NCBI GenBank assembly: GCA_001825335.1
Contig: MHWA01000004.1
Location: 35,341-99,340, forward strand
Source of the DNA: Candidatus Zambryskibacteria bacterium RIFCSPLOWO2_01_FULL_35_19
GTDB taxonomy: Bacteria; Patescibacteriota; Minisyncoccia; Phycocordibacterales; WO2-35-19
Direction of reading: 5' to 3'
Length of the DNA stretch: 64,000 bases
Part shown: piece by piece, positions 49,328 through 60,275 of the stretch
Layout: each line of letters opens with the position of its first letter
Position numbering within the stretch: the first letter of the stretch is position 1
Program-made: the position numbers and the translations under genes
Notes under the pieces: generated by a model
What the model was told of the DNA's origin: nothing
Databases searched by the model: none
The model's input: the letters and a program-made list of their open reading frames with translations, nothing else

Positions 49328-49407
49328 AAATAAAAACAAAAATTACTATTCCAAGAGCATTATCCTTGCTGGCCTAACGCAGGAATAGTAATTTTTTGTT
49401 TTTATTT
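49328..49407 (+). repeat. Conserved-loop/variable-stem motif, copy 2
   Basis: Stem around aagagcattatccttgctggcctaacgca. Confidence 0.85.
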
Positions 49408-51135
49408 CTAAAAAAAATCCACAATCCTTAAACGGATTTCGGAGGAGCCATTGAAGAAAGATTTTTCAATATTGGCTACCAAGTTTGTTTTGATACCTTC
49501 TTTCAAAAAATCTCCAAACTGATCAGGTGAAGCAAAAAAAGAAATGCCTCTGACTTTGTTTGTGCCATCTACAAAATTAATAGAGAGGTGTTCCTTCGCT
49601 TTGCCAAACCTATTTATTTTCTCTGGTATGATATCTTTAAAAATAAAAATTGGTTTTTCATTACCTATCCCAAAAGGCGCCAAACCATTTATCTCTGCCA
49701 CAGATTTTTCTGAAATATCTTTTAAATTTAATTCTGCGTCAACTTCTATTTCTTCTTCTTTTTTTATCACATAAGTACAAGCTTCAACTAAAGCATCTTC
49801 AAGGGTGTGGATTTTTTCAAAATCAACTTCAAAACCACCAGACATTTTGTGCCCTCCAAATGAAGTAAAGGCACCGTCTACTCTTTCCATCAATGCCACC
49901 AAATCTGTCACCCCTTCCGAACGGCAAGAACCTTTTATCACTCCCTCCCCTTCTCTACCCCACAAAAAAACTGGTAAATTATATTCTTTCACTATTGAAT
50001 TGGCCACCAAGCCCAAAAGAGCCGGTCGCCAATCTGGATCACCCAAGACAATAACAGATTTTGCCCCCAAGTTTTCAAATTTTTCTTTTACTTTTTTCTT
50101 AGCCTCTTTGACAATGTTAGTCACTGCCACTTTTCTATCTTTATTTATGTTGTCTAAATGTTTAGCATAAATCCCCGCTTCTTCTTCATTATTGGCGGTC
50201 AAAAGTTTAAAAGCATCAAGAGGCAAGCCCATCCGACTAGCCGCATTGATACGAGGAGTAATCATAAAAGTAACATCATCTTCAGTCAGATTATTTTTAT
50301 TTATTCGCAAAATAGAAAGAAGTTTAGAAAAACCCGGACGCTTCCCTTTTCGTAAAACAGAAAGTCCAAAATGAGCCAAAGCCCTATTTTCTCCAGTAAG
50401 TGGCACCATATCAGAAAGAGTAGCCAATCCCACAAGATCTAGAAGCCATTTCTCCTGACCCTCTTTCAATAAATCTCTTTTTGTTTGAAGGATACCTTCA
50501 ATTATTTTCCAAACAACTCCAGTACCGCAAAGTATTTGCTCTGGATATTTATTATCTTTTCTTTTTGGATTTACAATAGCAAAAGCTTTTGGTAACTCAT
50601 CAGATGGTTCATGATGGTCGGTTATAACAACTTCCATTCCAAGTTTATTCGCTTCTTCAACATACTGATTGTCTCTGATACCACAATCAATAGTAATCAA
50701 AAGTTTAGTTTTTTTGTCGGCAATCTCTTTGATACCTTCCAAATTCAAACCATATCCTTCTATTCGCCTATTTGGAATATAATTTTCAAAATTGTTAAAA
50801 CCAATTAGTTTAAAGAAATCATGAAGGAGAGCTCCGCCAGGAATACCGTCAGCATCATAGTCGCTCCAGATGGTTATCTTTTCATCATTTTCAATAGCTT
50901 TTAAAATCCTCTCTACCACTTTTTTCATATCAGGTAAAAGGAAGGGGTCGTGCAAATGTTTTTCAAAATCTGGTTTCAAAAACCTCTCTGCTTCCTTTTT
51001 TGTTTTAATATCTCTGTTATATAAAAGTTGAGTAATTAGAGGACTAAAATCTTTAAGTTCTTCCTCCGCCTCTTTGCTCACTTTTCCCTTCAGATTGTAT
51101 TTAGTAGACATACCAGACATCATAACACACCTCAC
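49408..51135 (-). CDS. recJ: ssDNA exonuclease RecJ
   Basis: DYDADG, DCG, DHH, PRINAASR, FGGH, PFGIGN. Confidence 0.95.
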   Translation of the reverse strand: MRCVMMSGMSTKYNLKGKVSKEAEEELKDFSPLITQLLYNRDIKTKKEAERFLKPDFEKHLHDPFLLPDMKKVVERILKAIENDEKITIWSDYDADGIPGGALLHDFFKLIGFNNFENYIPNRRIEGYGLNLEGIKEIADKKTKLLITIDCGIRDNQYVEEANKLGMEVVITDHHEPSDELPKAFAIVNPKRKDNKYPEQILCGTGVVWKIIEGILQTKRDLLKEGQEKWLLDLVGLATLSDMVPLTGENRALAHFGLSVLRKGKRPGFSKLLSILRINKNNLTEDDVTFMITPRINAASRMGLPLDAFKLLTANNEEEAGIYAKHLDNINKDRKVAVTNIVKEAKKKVKEKFENLGAKSVIVLGDPDWRPALLGLVANSIVKEYNLPVFLWGREGEGVIKGSCRSEGVTDLVALMERVDGAFTSFGGHKMSGGFEVDFEKIHTLEDALVEACTYVIKKEEEIEVDAELNLKDISEKSVAEINGLAPFGIGNEKPIFIFKDIIPEKINRFGKAKEHLSINFVDGTNKVRGISFFASPDQFGDFLKEGIKTNLVANIEKSFFNGSSEIRLRIVDFF

Positions 51136-51174
51136 CCCTCACTTTGTGTAGCCCTCTCCTTACTAAGGAGAGGG

Positions 51175-51253
51175 AAGAAAAAATAAAAACTACTGTTCCA
51201 AGAGCCTTACCCTTATGACTTAACGCAGGAACAGTATGTTTTTGTTTTTTCTT
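51175..51253 (+). repeat. Conserved-loop/variable-stem motif, copy 3
   Basis: Stem around aagagccttacccttatgacttaacgca. Confidence 0.85.
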
Positions 51254-51273
51254 TTAGCGGTTATAATAAGATT

Positions 51274-51720
51274 ATGCATAACTGTATTTTTTGTAAAATA
51301 GTAAAAAAAGAAATACCGGCTCATATTGTTTATGAGGATGATGATTTTATGGCTTTCCTCGATATAAACCCCCTTTCTCCCGGACATTGTATGATTATTC
51401 CCAAAAAACACTACCGATGGGTTTGGGATGTGCCGTCCCGCTTCCGAAATTGTCCTAATGTTGAAAGCAATCTCCAAAACACTGGTCCCAATATTTCAGA
51501 CTATTTTGAAGTTGCTAGAAAAGTGGCCAAGGCCCAAATGAAAGCCTTTGATACAGATTGGATACTTTCAAAAATAGTAGGTGAGGATGTCCCTCACGCT
51601 CACATTTGGATTTACCCCAACAATAAAACAAAAGGTGACCCCCCTTCGCAAGGCTTCGGCGGGGCAAGCAAAAAGGATTTTGAAGGAAATACAGAGAAAA
51701 TAAAAACAAACCTAAAATAG
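51274..51720 (+). CDS. HIT family hydrolase
   Basis: CIFCKI, FLDINP..PGH, VPHAHIW. Confidence 0.9.
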   Translation: MHNCIFCKIVKKEIPAHIVYEDDDFMAFLDINPLSPGHCMIIPKKHYRWVWDVPSRFRNCPNVESNLQNTGPNISDYFEVARKVAKAQMKAFDTDWILSKIVGEDVPHAHIWIYPNNKTKGDPPSQGFGGASKKDFEGNTEKIKTNLK

Positions 51721-51818
51721 TTCTTGAGCGTGCCTTGCGCAGGCTGACGAGTCGAGCAGAGCAATTTTCTAACAAGAAAATTGTGTGCTAAGCGAAAGAA
51801 GCTATTTTAGTTTTGTTT

Positions 51819-52844
51819 TTATGAATTTAACACTTCAATTCCCGGCAAAGTACCATTAGCTAGAAAATCGAGCATAGCTCCACCAGCAGTAGAAATAAAA
51901 CCATGTGTGATAATTTCATTTTTAACATCTCTATTGACAGTAGCTAAGGTGTCTCCCCCGCCAACTATCACTTTAGCTTTTGATTCGGACAATACCCTAG
52001 CCAAAGCAGTCGTGCCAGCGATAAAACCTTTTTCATAATTACCTAAAGGTCCATTCCATAAAATAAATCTGGCATCCACTATTTTTTCTTTCAAAACTTC
52101 TAAAGTTTCTGGATTAGCATCTAACGCATTTATGTCCCCTTCCGGTAAAATAATTTTAGGATTTTCTGATGCTAAAGATGTGGCATAAGGAGCCATAGCC
52201 CCACCAATAAAAATATGGTCGGCAATATTCAAAAACTTTTCTACCAAAGGAAGTTTGGTTTCAAATTTGGCTCCACCTAATATAACCAAAAATGGATGTT
52301 CCGGATCAAAAGATTCTGATAAATTTTGATATTCTTCTAAAAATCTAAATCCAGCAAAAGAAGGTATTAGTTTTGGCACTCCAACAATAGAAGTGTGTTT
52401 GCGGTGTGAAGCCGAAAAAGCTTCATTAACATAAATATCAGCAAAATTTGCAAGTTGTCTTGCGAAAGTCGGGTCATTTTCTTTTTCCATCCAAAATCTC
52501 AAGTTTTCTAAAACAGCTATTTCACCACTTCTCAAATCTTCCAAAGCGGTCTTACCATCCACCGCCGATTTGTTCCAAGGATCTTTAACAAACCTCATCC
52601 TCCTATTTGGGAAAAACTTTTCTGCCTGCTTAAACACTTTTTCAAGAGAATTAGTCCCATCACCCAAATGGCTCATTATTATTACCTTAGCTCCTTTCTC
52701 TAAACAAAAATTAATTGTCTTAACACTAGCTTCAATCCGAGAAGTGTCCAAAACCTCCCCTTCTTTATCTAAAGGCAAATTCCAATCTGTCCTTATTAAG
52801 ACTATCGTTCCTTCTATTATTTCTGCCTGTTCTATTGATTTCAT
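51819..52844 (-). CDS. pgk: Phosphoglycerate kinase
   Basis: RTDWNLP, SHLG, LENLRF, GGAK, WNGPLG, GGGDT. Confidence 0.93.
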   Translation of the reverse strand: MKSIEQAEIIEGTIVLIRTDWNLPLDKEGEVLDTSRIEASVKTINFCLEKGAKVIIMSHLGDGTNSLEKVFKQAEKFFPNRRMRFVKDPWNKSAVDGKTALEDLRSGEIAVLENLRFWMEKENDPTFARQLANFADIYVNEAFSASHRKHTSIVGVPKLIPSFAGFRFLEEYQNLSESFDPEHPFLVILGGAKFETKLPLVEKFLNIADHIFIGGAMAPYATSLASENPKIILPEGDINALDANPETLEVLKEKIVDARFILWNGPLGNYEKGFIAGTTALARVLSESKAKVIVGGGDTLATVNRDVKNEIITHGFISTAGGAMLDFLANGTLPGIEVLNS

Positions 52845-52847
52845 ATT

Positions 52848-53618
52848 TTATTTTTTCACATCCGCTGTTTGTAGAATCTCTTTAAATTCTTCAGGTTTGA
52901 GAGAGGCATGACCAACAAGAAAACCTTCAACATTGCCTATTTCTAATATTTCTAAAGCATTTTGAGATTCTACCGAACCACCGTAAAGAATTTTAGCAGA
53001 ATTAGCGATATCTCTTCCACATATTTCAGCCAATACTTTCCTTATATATAAAACAATAACGTGAATATCGGTCGGACTCATTGCTTCTTTGTATGATTTA
53101 CCGATCGCCCAAATTGGCTCGTAAGCAATAATGATGCCGACTAAATATTTTTTGTGTAAATCAGCCAAACATTCTTTTATTTGATTTTTTATAAAAGCAA
53201 GATGAGTGCCCTCTTTATCTCTTTCTTTTTCTCCTATACATAAAATTGGCGTAAGACCAGTATTAAATGTGATTTGAAGCTTTTTTCTTACTATTTCATT
53301 ACTCTCGCCCATCGCTCTTCTTTCTGAATGACCAACGATAACAAACTTAGCACTCAAATTTTTTATCATTTCCACACTAATTTCACCCGTAAAAGCTCCT
53401 TTAATTTCAGTGGAAGCATTTTGAGCTCCCAAAAACATATTTTTAGGATAAATCACTTTTGAAAGAGGAAAAATAAAGGAAAAAGGTGGGCAAACGACGA
53501 CATCAGTATTTTTAAGACCTTTGGCTGCTAATCTGGCTCCATTAAAGACTTTTTTAGCTTCCTCCAATGTCTCTGGATTCATTTTCCAGTTTGCTACTAC
53601 TATGTTACGTTTTTTCAT
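52848..53618 (-). CDS. tpiA: Triosephosphate isomerase
   Basis: NWKM, GHSERR, AYEPIWAIG, YGGSV. Confidence 0.96.
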   Translation of the reverse strand: MKKRNIVVANWKMNPETLEEAKKVFNGARLAAKGLKNTDVVVCPPFSFIFPLSKVIYPKNMFLGAQNASTEIKGAFTGEISVEMIKNLSAKFVIVGHSERRAMGESNEIVRKKLQITFNTGLTPILCIGEKERDKEGTHLAFIKNQIKECLADLHKKYLVGIIIAYEPIWAIGKSYKEAMSPTDIHVIVLYIRKVLAEICGRDIANSAKILYGGSVESQNALEILEIGNVEGFLVGHASLKPEEFKEILQTADVKK

Positions 53619-53633
53619 ATTTAAATTATAGCA

Positions 53634-53707
53634 AAAAATTACTGAAACATCATTTCAAGAGCATTATCCTTTTGACCTAACACAGAAATGATGTTTCAGT
53701 AATTTTT
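53634..53707 (+). repeat. Conserved-loop/variable-stem motif, copy 4
   Basis: Perfect 23-bp stem around aagagcattatccttttgacctaacaca. Confidence 0.85.
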
Positions 53708-53709
53708 AT

Positions 53710-54948
53710 TTATATTTCCCTCCAACCAACAATATCAAAACCTCCCCCCGGACCACTGATGAAATTAACATTAACTAAACCAATATCATAATCAATAGTA
53801 GCCCCATTATCCAATTCTACACTCTTAGCTGATACTGATTTAGCCCCAGCATTATTTGAAAATTTTACTTTACCTTTTTGAGCATTCAAAATGACTGCCC
53901 CAGCATTATTATCAATTTCTATAGCATTACCAGTATAAGTTGATACAAGCATCACATAACTACCAGCCGTCCCTGATCCTTGAAAAACAGAATTATTTGA
54001 TACTTTTATCTCATTATCTGAAATAAGTATTCCGCTACCACTACCATAAGAACTAGAAAGTTTAATCAGAGAACCGTTAGAGGTATCTATTTTCCCAGTG
54101 ACCCACACCGTTCCATTTATGGTAAGTCGGTAATTATTAGTCATTGTTAAATTACCTACTATTTTAACAGGACCAAGAGAAGAGCTTGAACTACTCAAAG
54201 AAACATTGCCGTTTATCACTCCTCCAGCTTCGGCTATCGCCTTCCAATTATCTATATCTTCATCTGAAACTGGAAAATCTTGAACAGGAGGATCGGGCAA
54301 AGAAGTATCACACGATTTGTTGTTACCACTACCAGTCTGGCAATATAAATTACCTGTAATATTACTGTTTGTAACTCTATTTGCATAAGCATCTCCTCCA
54401 GAAGTGCCTATATCTACATTATCTATAAAACCAAAATTAGAAACATAAGCAGAGCCGGTTATTCTAGATCCATTTGAACCTTCAATTTTATTATTTGAAT
54501 AAACATTTCCATTAACCCTAGAATTATTAGACATCTCTATGCCCCCAGTACCAACCTGAAGACCATAATGAAAGGAAACTCCTTCACCCAAAATAACAGT
54601 AGTTTTGATTTTCCTAAAATAATCATTGGCTTCTCCAATAGAAGTGATGGTTTTACCTCCAGACTCATCTACAACGGTCGTGGTCACACTATGGTTTCCA
54701 ACATTTAAAATTTGAGAAGTGGCTACTGGTAAACCCGCTTTCAAACGATAAACAACATCTTCAATTCCAGCTTCAGCCGCATAAAAACTTTCCTTTGAAA
54801 CAGCGATAGACGTGGCCATAGAAATATGACTGATTATCGGATTAGTTAATCCTAATATGATAATAGTGGTAATAGAAATAAAAAATATAACCATAGTGAC
54901 CATCACTTGGCCTTTTTCTTTTATTTGTTTATTTAAAAATAAAAACAT
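53710..54948 (-). CDS. PilX-like minor pilin with a beta-rich C-terminal domain
   Basis: KGQ-type prepilin leader, SFYAAEAGIED. Confidence 0.8.
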   Translation of the reverse strand: MFLFLNKQIKEKGQVMVTMVIFFISITTIIILGLTNPIISHISMATSIAVSKESFYAAEAGIEDVVYRLKAGLPVATSQILNVGNHSVTTTVVDESGGKTITSIGEANDYFRKIKTTVILGEGVSFHYGLQVGTGGIEMSNNSRVNGNVYSNNKIEGSNGSRITGSAYVSNFGFIDNVDIGTSGGDAYANRVTNSNITGNLYCQTGSGNNKSCDTSLPDPPVQDFPVSDEDIDNWKAIAEAGGVINGNVSLSSSSSSLGPVKIVGNLTMTNNYRLTINGTVWVTGKIDTSNGSLIKLSSSYGSGSGILISDNEIKVSNNSVFQGSGTAGSYVMLVSTYTGNAIEIDNNAGAVILNAQKGKVKFSNNAGAKSVSAKSVELDNGATIDYDIGLVNVNFISGPGGGFDIVGWREI

Positions 54949-54958
54949 AAATTATTTT

Positions 54959-55492
54959 TTAATATGACCCACGAAGCACAGCAAATCCATAAAAATGTTT
55001 ACTTTTTGAAACAGCTCCAATAGTGCCAGAAACTTCTAATTCAATCCGCACCCCTTCAGAATTAGCATTTGAAACATACGTAAAAATTAAATTACTAACC
55101 TCCACAGAAGAAGTAAGAGCTGTCGGAGTAGCACTATTTTTAGAAATTAAAATACTACCAGAAGTTCCGTCATAAATAACATCATAAACATTAAGGAATT
55201 CATCAATACCGGACAATTTTAAAACACCAGGACTCGTCCCCAAAACACTGCTACCGACAACCACACTTTTTGCATTGCGAATATCTCTAAGCATACTCTC
55301 CATTGCAATAGCTCCAGAACTTTCAAGCTCACGAGTCAGTTTAATATTTTTATAAACTCCACCCATAGAAACAAGAGTCTGAACAACCACCCCCATTATT
55401 AATATGAGTAATGTTATATATAAAACAGTCTCTATCAAAGAGATACCACGATTATTTATATGCTTTTTAATTGTCAAAAATATTGCTAACAT
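54959..55492 (-). CDS. Type IV minor pilin (PilW-like)
   Basis: RGISLIE prepilin motif. Confidence 0.85.
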   Translation of the reverse strand: MLAIFLTIKKHINNRGISLIETVLYITLLILIMGVVVQTLVSMGGVYKNIKLTRELESSGAIAMESMLRDIRNAKSVVVGSSVLGTSPGVLKLSGIDEFLNVYDVIYDGTSGSILISKNSATPTALTSSVEVSNLIFTYVSNANSEGVRIELEVSGTIGAVSKSKHFYGFAVLRGSY

Positions 55493-56012
55493 ATGTTGTT
55501 ATTTCACGAGTAGTAGTGCCAGTATCTTTCCGCCACGACACTGTAATAGTAACTTTCTTGGTATTTAAATCAGGTGAACCAGATATTGCTATATCTCCAG
55601 CTCCGTCTCTATTTACATCCTCAAAAACGACACGTCTATCAAACTGATTATCTATAAGGGTTAAAGTGGTAGTCGCTTCCCAAGCCACATTATCAAAAGC
55701 CAATATATAAGAAGCACCAGAAGAAAGAGGGGCGATGTTGGAAGTCCAGCTATCATCTCTCATAAATTTAACCGCTTCAATACCTTCTTCGGCCAAAAAA
55801 GAGGCCTGAAAAAGTGAAGGATTTGATACAGAAACTTTGATAAAAGCAGTATAAATTTTCCATATAATCAATATAGAAAAAGTAGCGACAGAAATCATTA
55901 TCACCATTTCAACCAAACTAAACCCACATTTTGTATCTCGCTTTGCTCGAACTTCACAGGGCAAGCTTTTTTTATTGAGATATTTTTGGTAAAAATAAAA
56001 TGAACTTTCCAT
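55467..56012 (-). CDS. Type IV minor pilin (PilV-like)
   Basis: GFSLVE prepilin motif, LAEEGIEAV. Confidence 0.85.
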   Translation of the reverse strand: MESSFYFYQKYLNKKSLPCEVRAKRDTKCGFSLVEMVIMISVATFSILIIWKIYTAFIKVSVSNPSLFQASFLAEEGIEAVKFMRDDSWTSNIAPLSSGASYILAFDNVAWEATTTLTLIDNQFDRRVVFEDVNRDGAGDIAISGSPDLNTKKVTITVSWRKDTGTTTREITTYVSNIFDN

Positions 56013-56017
56013 ATAAA

Positions 56018-56491
56018 TTATTGTATCACTCCAGTCCCCAATATAGTAATGGTAGTTGAAGCACTATCATCTTTTAAAGAAAAAGTGACAGTGCCATAAT
56101 TTGAAGTATGACCAATTAATCTAGAAAAAACAACATCTGGACTACCAAGATTTAATAAATAGTTAGACATATAAACATCTTTAGAAAGTGTAACGATTTT
56201 TTCATTATCATTTCCAGCTACGTAAGCGCTACCTTCAAACAAAACAACTTTATTATTTTCAAAATGAATTCCAAAAGGTGAAGTGTTTTTTGAAGCGACA
56301 GAAAGAACTCTGGCATTACGAATAAGAGCCACCACGGAAGAGACATCTTTTTCAAGAACTTCTTTTTTATTTAATTTTGGAAAAAAATAAAAAGTTATAG
56401 ACAAAACCACTACCAAAATACTTATAACCACCACCACTTCCATCAAAGAAAACCCTTTATTAATTTTCATATTATTCAAATTTTGAATCAA
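56018..56491 (-). CDS. Type IV minor pilin (FimT/GspH-like)
   Basis: KGFSLME prepilin motif. Confidence 0.85.
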   Translation of the reverse strand: MIQNLNNMKINKGFSLMEVVVVISILVVVLSITFYFFPKLNKKEVLEKDVSSVVALIRNARVLSVASKNTSPFGIHFENNKVVLFEGSAYVAGNDNEKIVTLSKDVYMSNYLLNLGSPDVVFSRLIGHTSNYGTVTFSLKDDSASTTITILGTGVIQ

Positions 56492-56494
56492 AAC

Positions 56495-57709
56495 TTATTG
56501 TATCGCATCAACCAAAGAGTAAGTTGGCAACATCATAGCGATAGCAAAGATACCAACAGCAATACCGATAAAGACCATAAGAACGGGTTCTATAATAGTA
56601 GATAAATCTTTTGTCTTTTGATCTACTTCATTTTCATAATAAGTAGCGACATTATCCATCATATCGGTCATCTTGCCAGTCTCTTCACCTACAGCAAGCA
56701 TTTCAGCCACAAAAATTGGAAAAAGATCCCCTTTTGAATTAGAAAGTGACGAGGATAAGAGCTCTCCTACTTCCACTTGTTTGGCGGCATCATCTAATAA
56801 ATTTTTAAAATAATGATTTTGAATAACAGTGCTAGTGATACCAATAGCGGCCACAATATCAACTCCAGAAGAAATAAGAGAAGAGAGAGTTCTCGTTGTT
56901 CTAGCGGCATTGACCTCTTTAACCATAGTTTTAATCATAGGAAAATGAAGAATAAAAAAATCTAACACATCTTTACCTTTCTTTGTTTTGAGTCCAGAAA
57001 GAAATCCAAAAATAGCCCCAGCTGTTATTATCATTACCAAAATAATATTAGCTCTCAAAAAATCACTGATAGCAATAATAATCCTAGTTGGCAAAGGAAG
57101 CTCTATCTCAAGACCTTTAAAGGTTTCTGTTAACGTCGGCACCATATAAACCATAAGGACTACTCCGATGACCGCCATCACCGATACAATCACAGCGGGA
57201 TAAATCATGGCTCCTTTTATTTTTTTTGAAAGATTGTAAGCTTTTTCAAGTTGATCAGCCACAATTTTTAAAGAATTTGATAACTTCCCCGATTCTTCAC
57301 CCGCTTTAACCATAGCTACAAACAAATCAGAAAAAGTCTTTGGATGCTTTGCTAAAGAATTTGACAAAGTTTCGCCTCCATTAACCGAAACACCAACACT
57401 TTTAAGAATCTCTATAAATTTTTTATTTTTTAATTGCTTTTCTAATATGTTTAAAGCTCTAGAAACAGAAAGCCCTGCATCCACCATAACCGAGAGATTT
57501 TTGGCAAACATTATAACTTCTTGAGTCTTTACTTTTTTTGTAAAGGAAAACAATTTAATGTTCACTTTTTTGCCCCCTATCTCTTCAACAGAAAGAATAG
57601 AGCCCTCATTTAATCGAACGGCACTATAAAGACTAGCTTTGTCAGCAAATTCTTTTGTCTCTTCTTTTTCTTCTCCCTCTTTTACGTATTTGTATTTATA
57701 AAATGGCAT
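56495..57709 (-). CDS. pilC: Type IV pilus platform protein PilC/GspF
   Basis: GEESGKL, AMIYP, GEETGKM, IEP. Confidence 0.92.
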   Translation of the reverse strand: MPFYKYKYVKEGEEKEETKEFADKASLYSAVRLNEGSILSVEEIGGKKVNIKLFSFTKKVKTQEVIMFAKNLSVMVDAGLSVSRALNILEKQLKNKKFIEILKSVGVSVNGGETLSNSLAKHPKTFSDLFVAMVKAGEESGKLSNSLKIVADQLEKAYNLSKKIKGAMIYPAVIVSVMAVIGVVLMVYMVPTLTETFKGLEIELPLPTRIIIAISDFLRANIILVMIITAGAIFGFLSGLKTKKGKDVLDFFILHFPMIKTMVKEVNAARTTRTLSSLISSGVDIVAAIGITSTVIQNHYFKNLLDDAAKQVEVGELLSSSLSNSKGDLFPIFVAEMLAVGEETGKMTDMMDNVATYYENEVDQKTKDLSTIIEPVLMVFIGIAVGIFAIAMMLPTYSLVDAIQ

Positions 57710-57727
57710 TATATTTAAATTTTATTT

Positions 57728-59479
57728 TTATTCCGACACTACCCGCAAAACTTCTTCAATAGTAGTCAAACCTTGAGCCGCTTTAAAGATACCGTCTTCA
57801 AGCATAGTGAGCATTCCCTCTTTTTTGGCCTGCAATTCAATATCTTCGGTAGTAGATCCTTTTATGATTAAGTCTTTAATGGCAGTAGAAACATTAAGCA
57901 CTTCATAAATACCAATACGACTTTTAAATCCTCCATCTTTTGCTCCTTTTTTAGGTTTGTAAAAATGTATTTTATCCCAATTATCTCCTTTGCCCACGAT
58001 CTTTTCTTCTCTTAAAGCCTTCAAAACAATATCTAGATTAACCACTTTAGAAATAGACTCAATCTCTAATTTAGAGAGAGTATATTTTTCTTTTTCATCA
58101 GAAAGTTTTCTGACCAATCTTTGAGCGATAATAGCGTCAATAGTAGAGATGATAAGAAAAGGTTCAACTTTCATATCAATCAATCTAGGAACTGACCCAG
58201 CAGCCGAGTTGGTGTGAAGAGTTGAAAGAACCAAATGTCCAGTAAGCGAAGCATTGATGGCTAAAGAAGCTGTTTCGTTATCGCGAATTTCTCCGACCAT
58301 TATAATATCTGGATCTTGACGCACCAAAGTCCTCAATCCAGAAGCAAAAGTAAGGCCTATTTCAGATTTTACTTGAGTTTGATTAATTCTTGGCATCTGA
58401 TATTCAACTGGATCTTCAATAGTAGAAATATTGACATTGGGAGTATTTAAAATATCTAACATAGTATAAAGAGTGGTTGATTTACCGCTTCCAGTCGGTC
58501 CGGTAGTCAAAATCATACCAGTTGTGTGTTGTAGAGATTTATGTAACAGCTCTAAAGCTTCTCCATGAAAACCTAAAGACTCCAAAGTAAAACCAGAGAC
58601 ATTTTCTCTCAAAAGACGCATCACTGTTTTTTCACCATAATAAACTGGCAAAGTGGAAACACGAAAAGAAACTTTTTCACCATTCATATCAATTTTAAAT
58701 CTACCATCTTGAGGCAATCTTTTTTCGTCAAGTTTCAAACTAGAAAGCACTTTTATACGAGCCACCAAAGAGTTTCCTATATGTTTTGGTAAAATCATCG
58801 CGTCATGCAAGATACCATCAATACGATATCTGACTAAAACCTGATCCTCCAAAGGTTCTATATGAATATCAGAAGCGTTTTGGATGATGGCATGTTTGAG
58901 CAAAGTATCAACAATCCGCACTACTGGCAATTCTTCAGCTAATTTTTTTAAATCCCCTTCTGAAGCATCATCTACTGGTAATTTTTCAGAGATAGTTTTT
59001 ATCTCATCTGCATCAGCTTTTATAATATCTCCAAATTCATCTTTAAGATTTTTTTGATATTGAACCAAAGCACTACGCATAGATTCAGAATCAGTCAGAC
59101 GAGACAATATCTTCAAGCCCACTTTTTTCTTAATTGAATTTAAGGCCTGCAGATCGTCAGTATCAAGCATAGCCACTTCAAGAGCGTCTTCTTTTTTTTC
59201 AAAAGCTACTATATTGTGCTTTCTGGCAATAGGTTCAGGAATAAGATTTAAAATATCCCTATTTAAAACTTGACCTTTTAAATTTATAAAAGGGATACCT
59301 AAAATATAGGCCTGTATTCGTCTTAAATCATCATCAGAAAACTTACCTCTAGATATTAAGACATCATTTAAAGGTTTTTTCTTGGACTTGACTTCTTTTT
59401 CAATTTCTTCAATTTCAGATTTAGAAACAAGTCCAGCATCAATAATAAAATCTTTTATTTGTGAATCTTTTACATGCAT
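57728..59479 (-). CDS. pilB: Type IV pilus assembly ATPase PilB/GspE
   Basis: ASDIHIEP, RLPQDGR, GPTGSGKS, RQDPD, TLHTN. Confidence 0.93.
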   Translation of the reverse strand: MHVKDSQIKDFIIDAGLVSKSEIEEIEKEVKSKKKPLNDVLISRGKFSDDDLRRIQAYILGIPFINLKGQVLNRDILNLIPEPIARKHNIVAFEKKEDALEVAMLDTDDLQALNSIKKKVGLKILSRLTDSESMRSALVQYQKNLKDEFGDIIKADADEIKTISEKLPVDDASEGDLKKLAEELPVVRIVDTLLKHAIIQNASDIHIEPLEDQVLVRYRIDGILHDAMILPKHIGNSLVARIKVLSSLKLDEKRLPQDGRFKIDMNGEKVSFRVSTLPVYYGEKTVMRLLRENVSGFTLESLGFHGEALELLHKSLQHTTGMILTTGPTGSGKSTTLYTMLDILNTPNVNISTIEDPVEYQMPRINQTQVKSEIGLTFASGLRTLVRQDPDIIMVGEIRDNETASLAINASLTGHLVLSTLHTNSAAGSVPRLIDMKVEPFLIISTIDAIIAQRLVRKLSDEKEKYTLSKLEIESISKVVNLDIVLKALREEKIVGKGDNWDKIHFYKPKKGAKDGGFKSRIGIYEVLNVSTAIKDLIIKGSTTEDIELQAKKEGMLTMLEDGIFKAAQGLTTIEEVLRVVSE

Positions 59480-59617
59480 ACGATTTAGCGAAATCGTGTC
59501 GTGCGATACGTCCTTTGGAGCACGACCCTTTTCTATTAAGGGCTGACTAGAGCACAACTTTATTTCTTTTTTATTATATCAGAAATAATTATATTTTAGA
59601 AAAGAAATATGTATATA

Positions 59618-60145
59618 TTAACTTCTAACTTTGTTTCTCATTTTAGAAATCAAATATTTTCTTGGATTTTTATCTAAGTCAATAAAATCATCAGCCACTT
59701 CTATGAGCCGAGCCGAACTAGATTTTCCAAAAGAAGCCACTTCAACCTGACAACCAACATTTTTTAGAAATTCTACTAGTGGAACAAAATCGCCATCACC
59801 AGTTATTAAGACAACGGCGTCTAATTTAGGAGCCAACTTAATAGCATCTACTGCCAAACCAACATCCCAATCCCCTTTTTTAGCGCCACCAGCAAAGACT
59901 TGCAAGTTTTTTGTTTTAGTTTCAATACCCATCTTTTCCAATGCCTCAAAAAAGTTTTTCTCTTCACCTGACTCGGTAGTAATAACATAAGCCACAGCTC
60001 TAGTAAGAAATCTGCCAGCCAAACTTTCTTTGACCACTTGGTCAAAGTTTACTTTTGCTCCATAAATGTTTTTGGCGCTATGATATAAATTTTGAGTATC
60101 TATAAAAATTCCCACCCGCTGATTTTTGTGTTTTATAACAGACAT
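59618..60145 (-). CDS. NYN domain (LabA/DUF88) protein
   Basis: IFIDTQN, KGDWDV, GDGDF, ADDFID. Confidence 0.9.
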   Translation of the reverse strand: MSVIKHKNQRVGIFIDTQNLYHSAKNIYGAKVNFDQVVKESLAGRFLTRAVAYVITTESGEEKNFFEALEKMGIETKTKNLQVFAGGAKKGDWDVGLAVDAIKLAPKLDAVVLITGDGDFVPLVEFLKNVGCQVEVASFGKSSSARLIEVADDFIDLDKNPRKYLISKMRNKVRS

Positions 60146-60275
60146 ATTATTAAAATTAATCTAATTAGTAATTAACCTAATTATCCTAAACAATGACTAA
60201 TATTACAAACCCCAATTGGTTATTAGATAATTGGGATTTATTTAGAAAATTAGAATAATTAGGGCAATTAGAAAT

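Noticed and set aside
60150-60275. AT-rich degenerate AATTAG/CTAATT repeats after rpsO
   Set aside because: Low complexity; cannot be distinguished from a loose terminator hairpin
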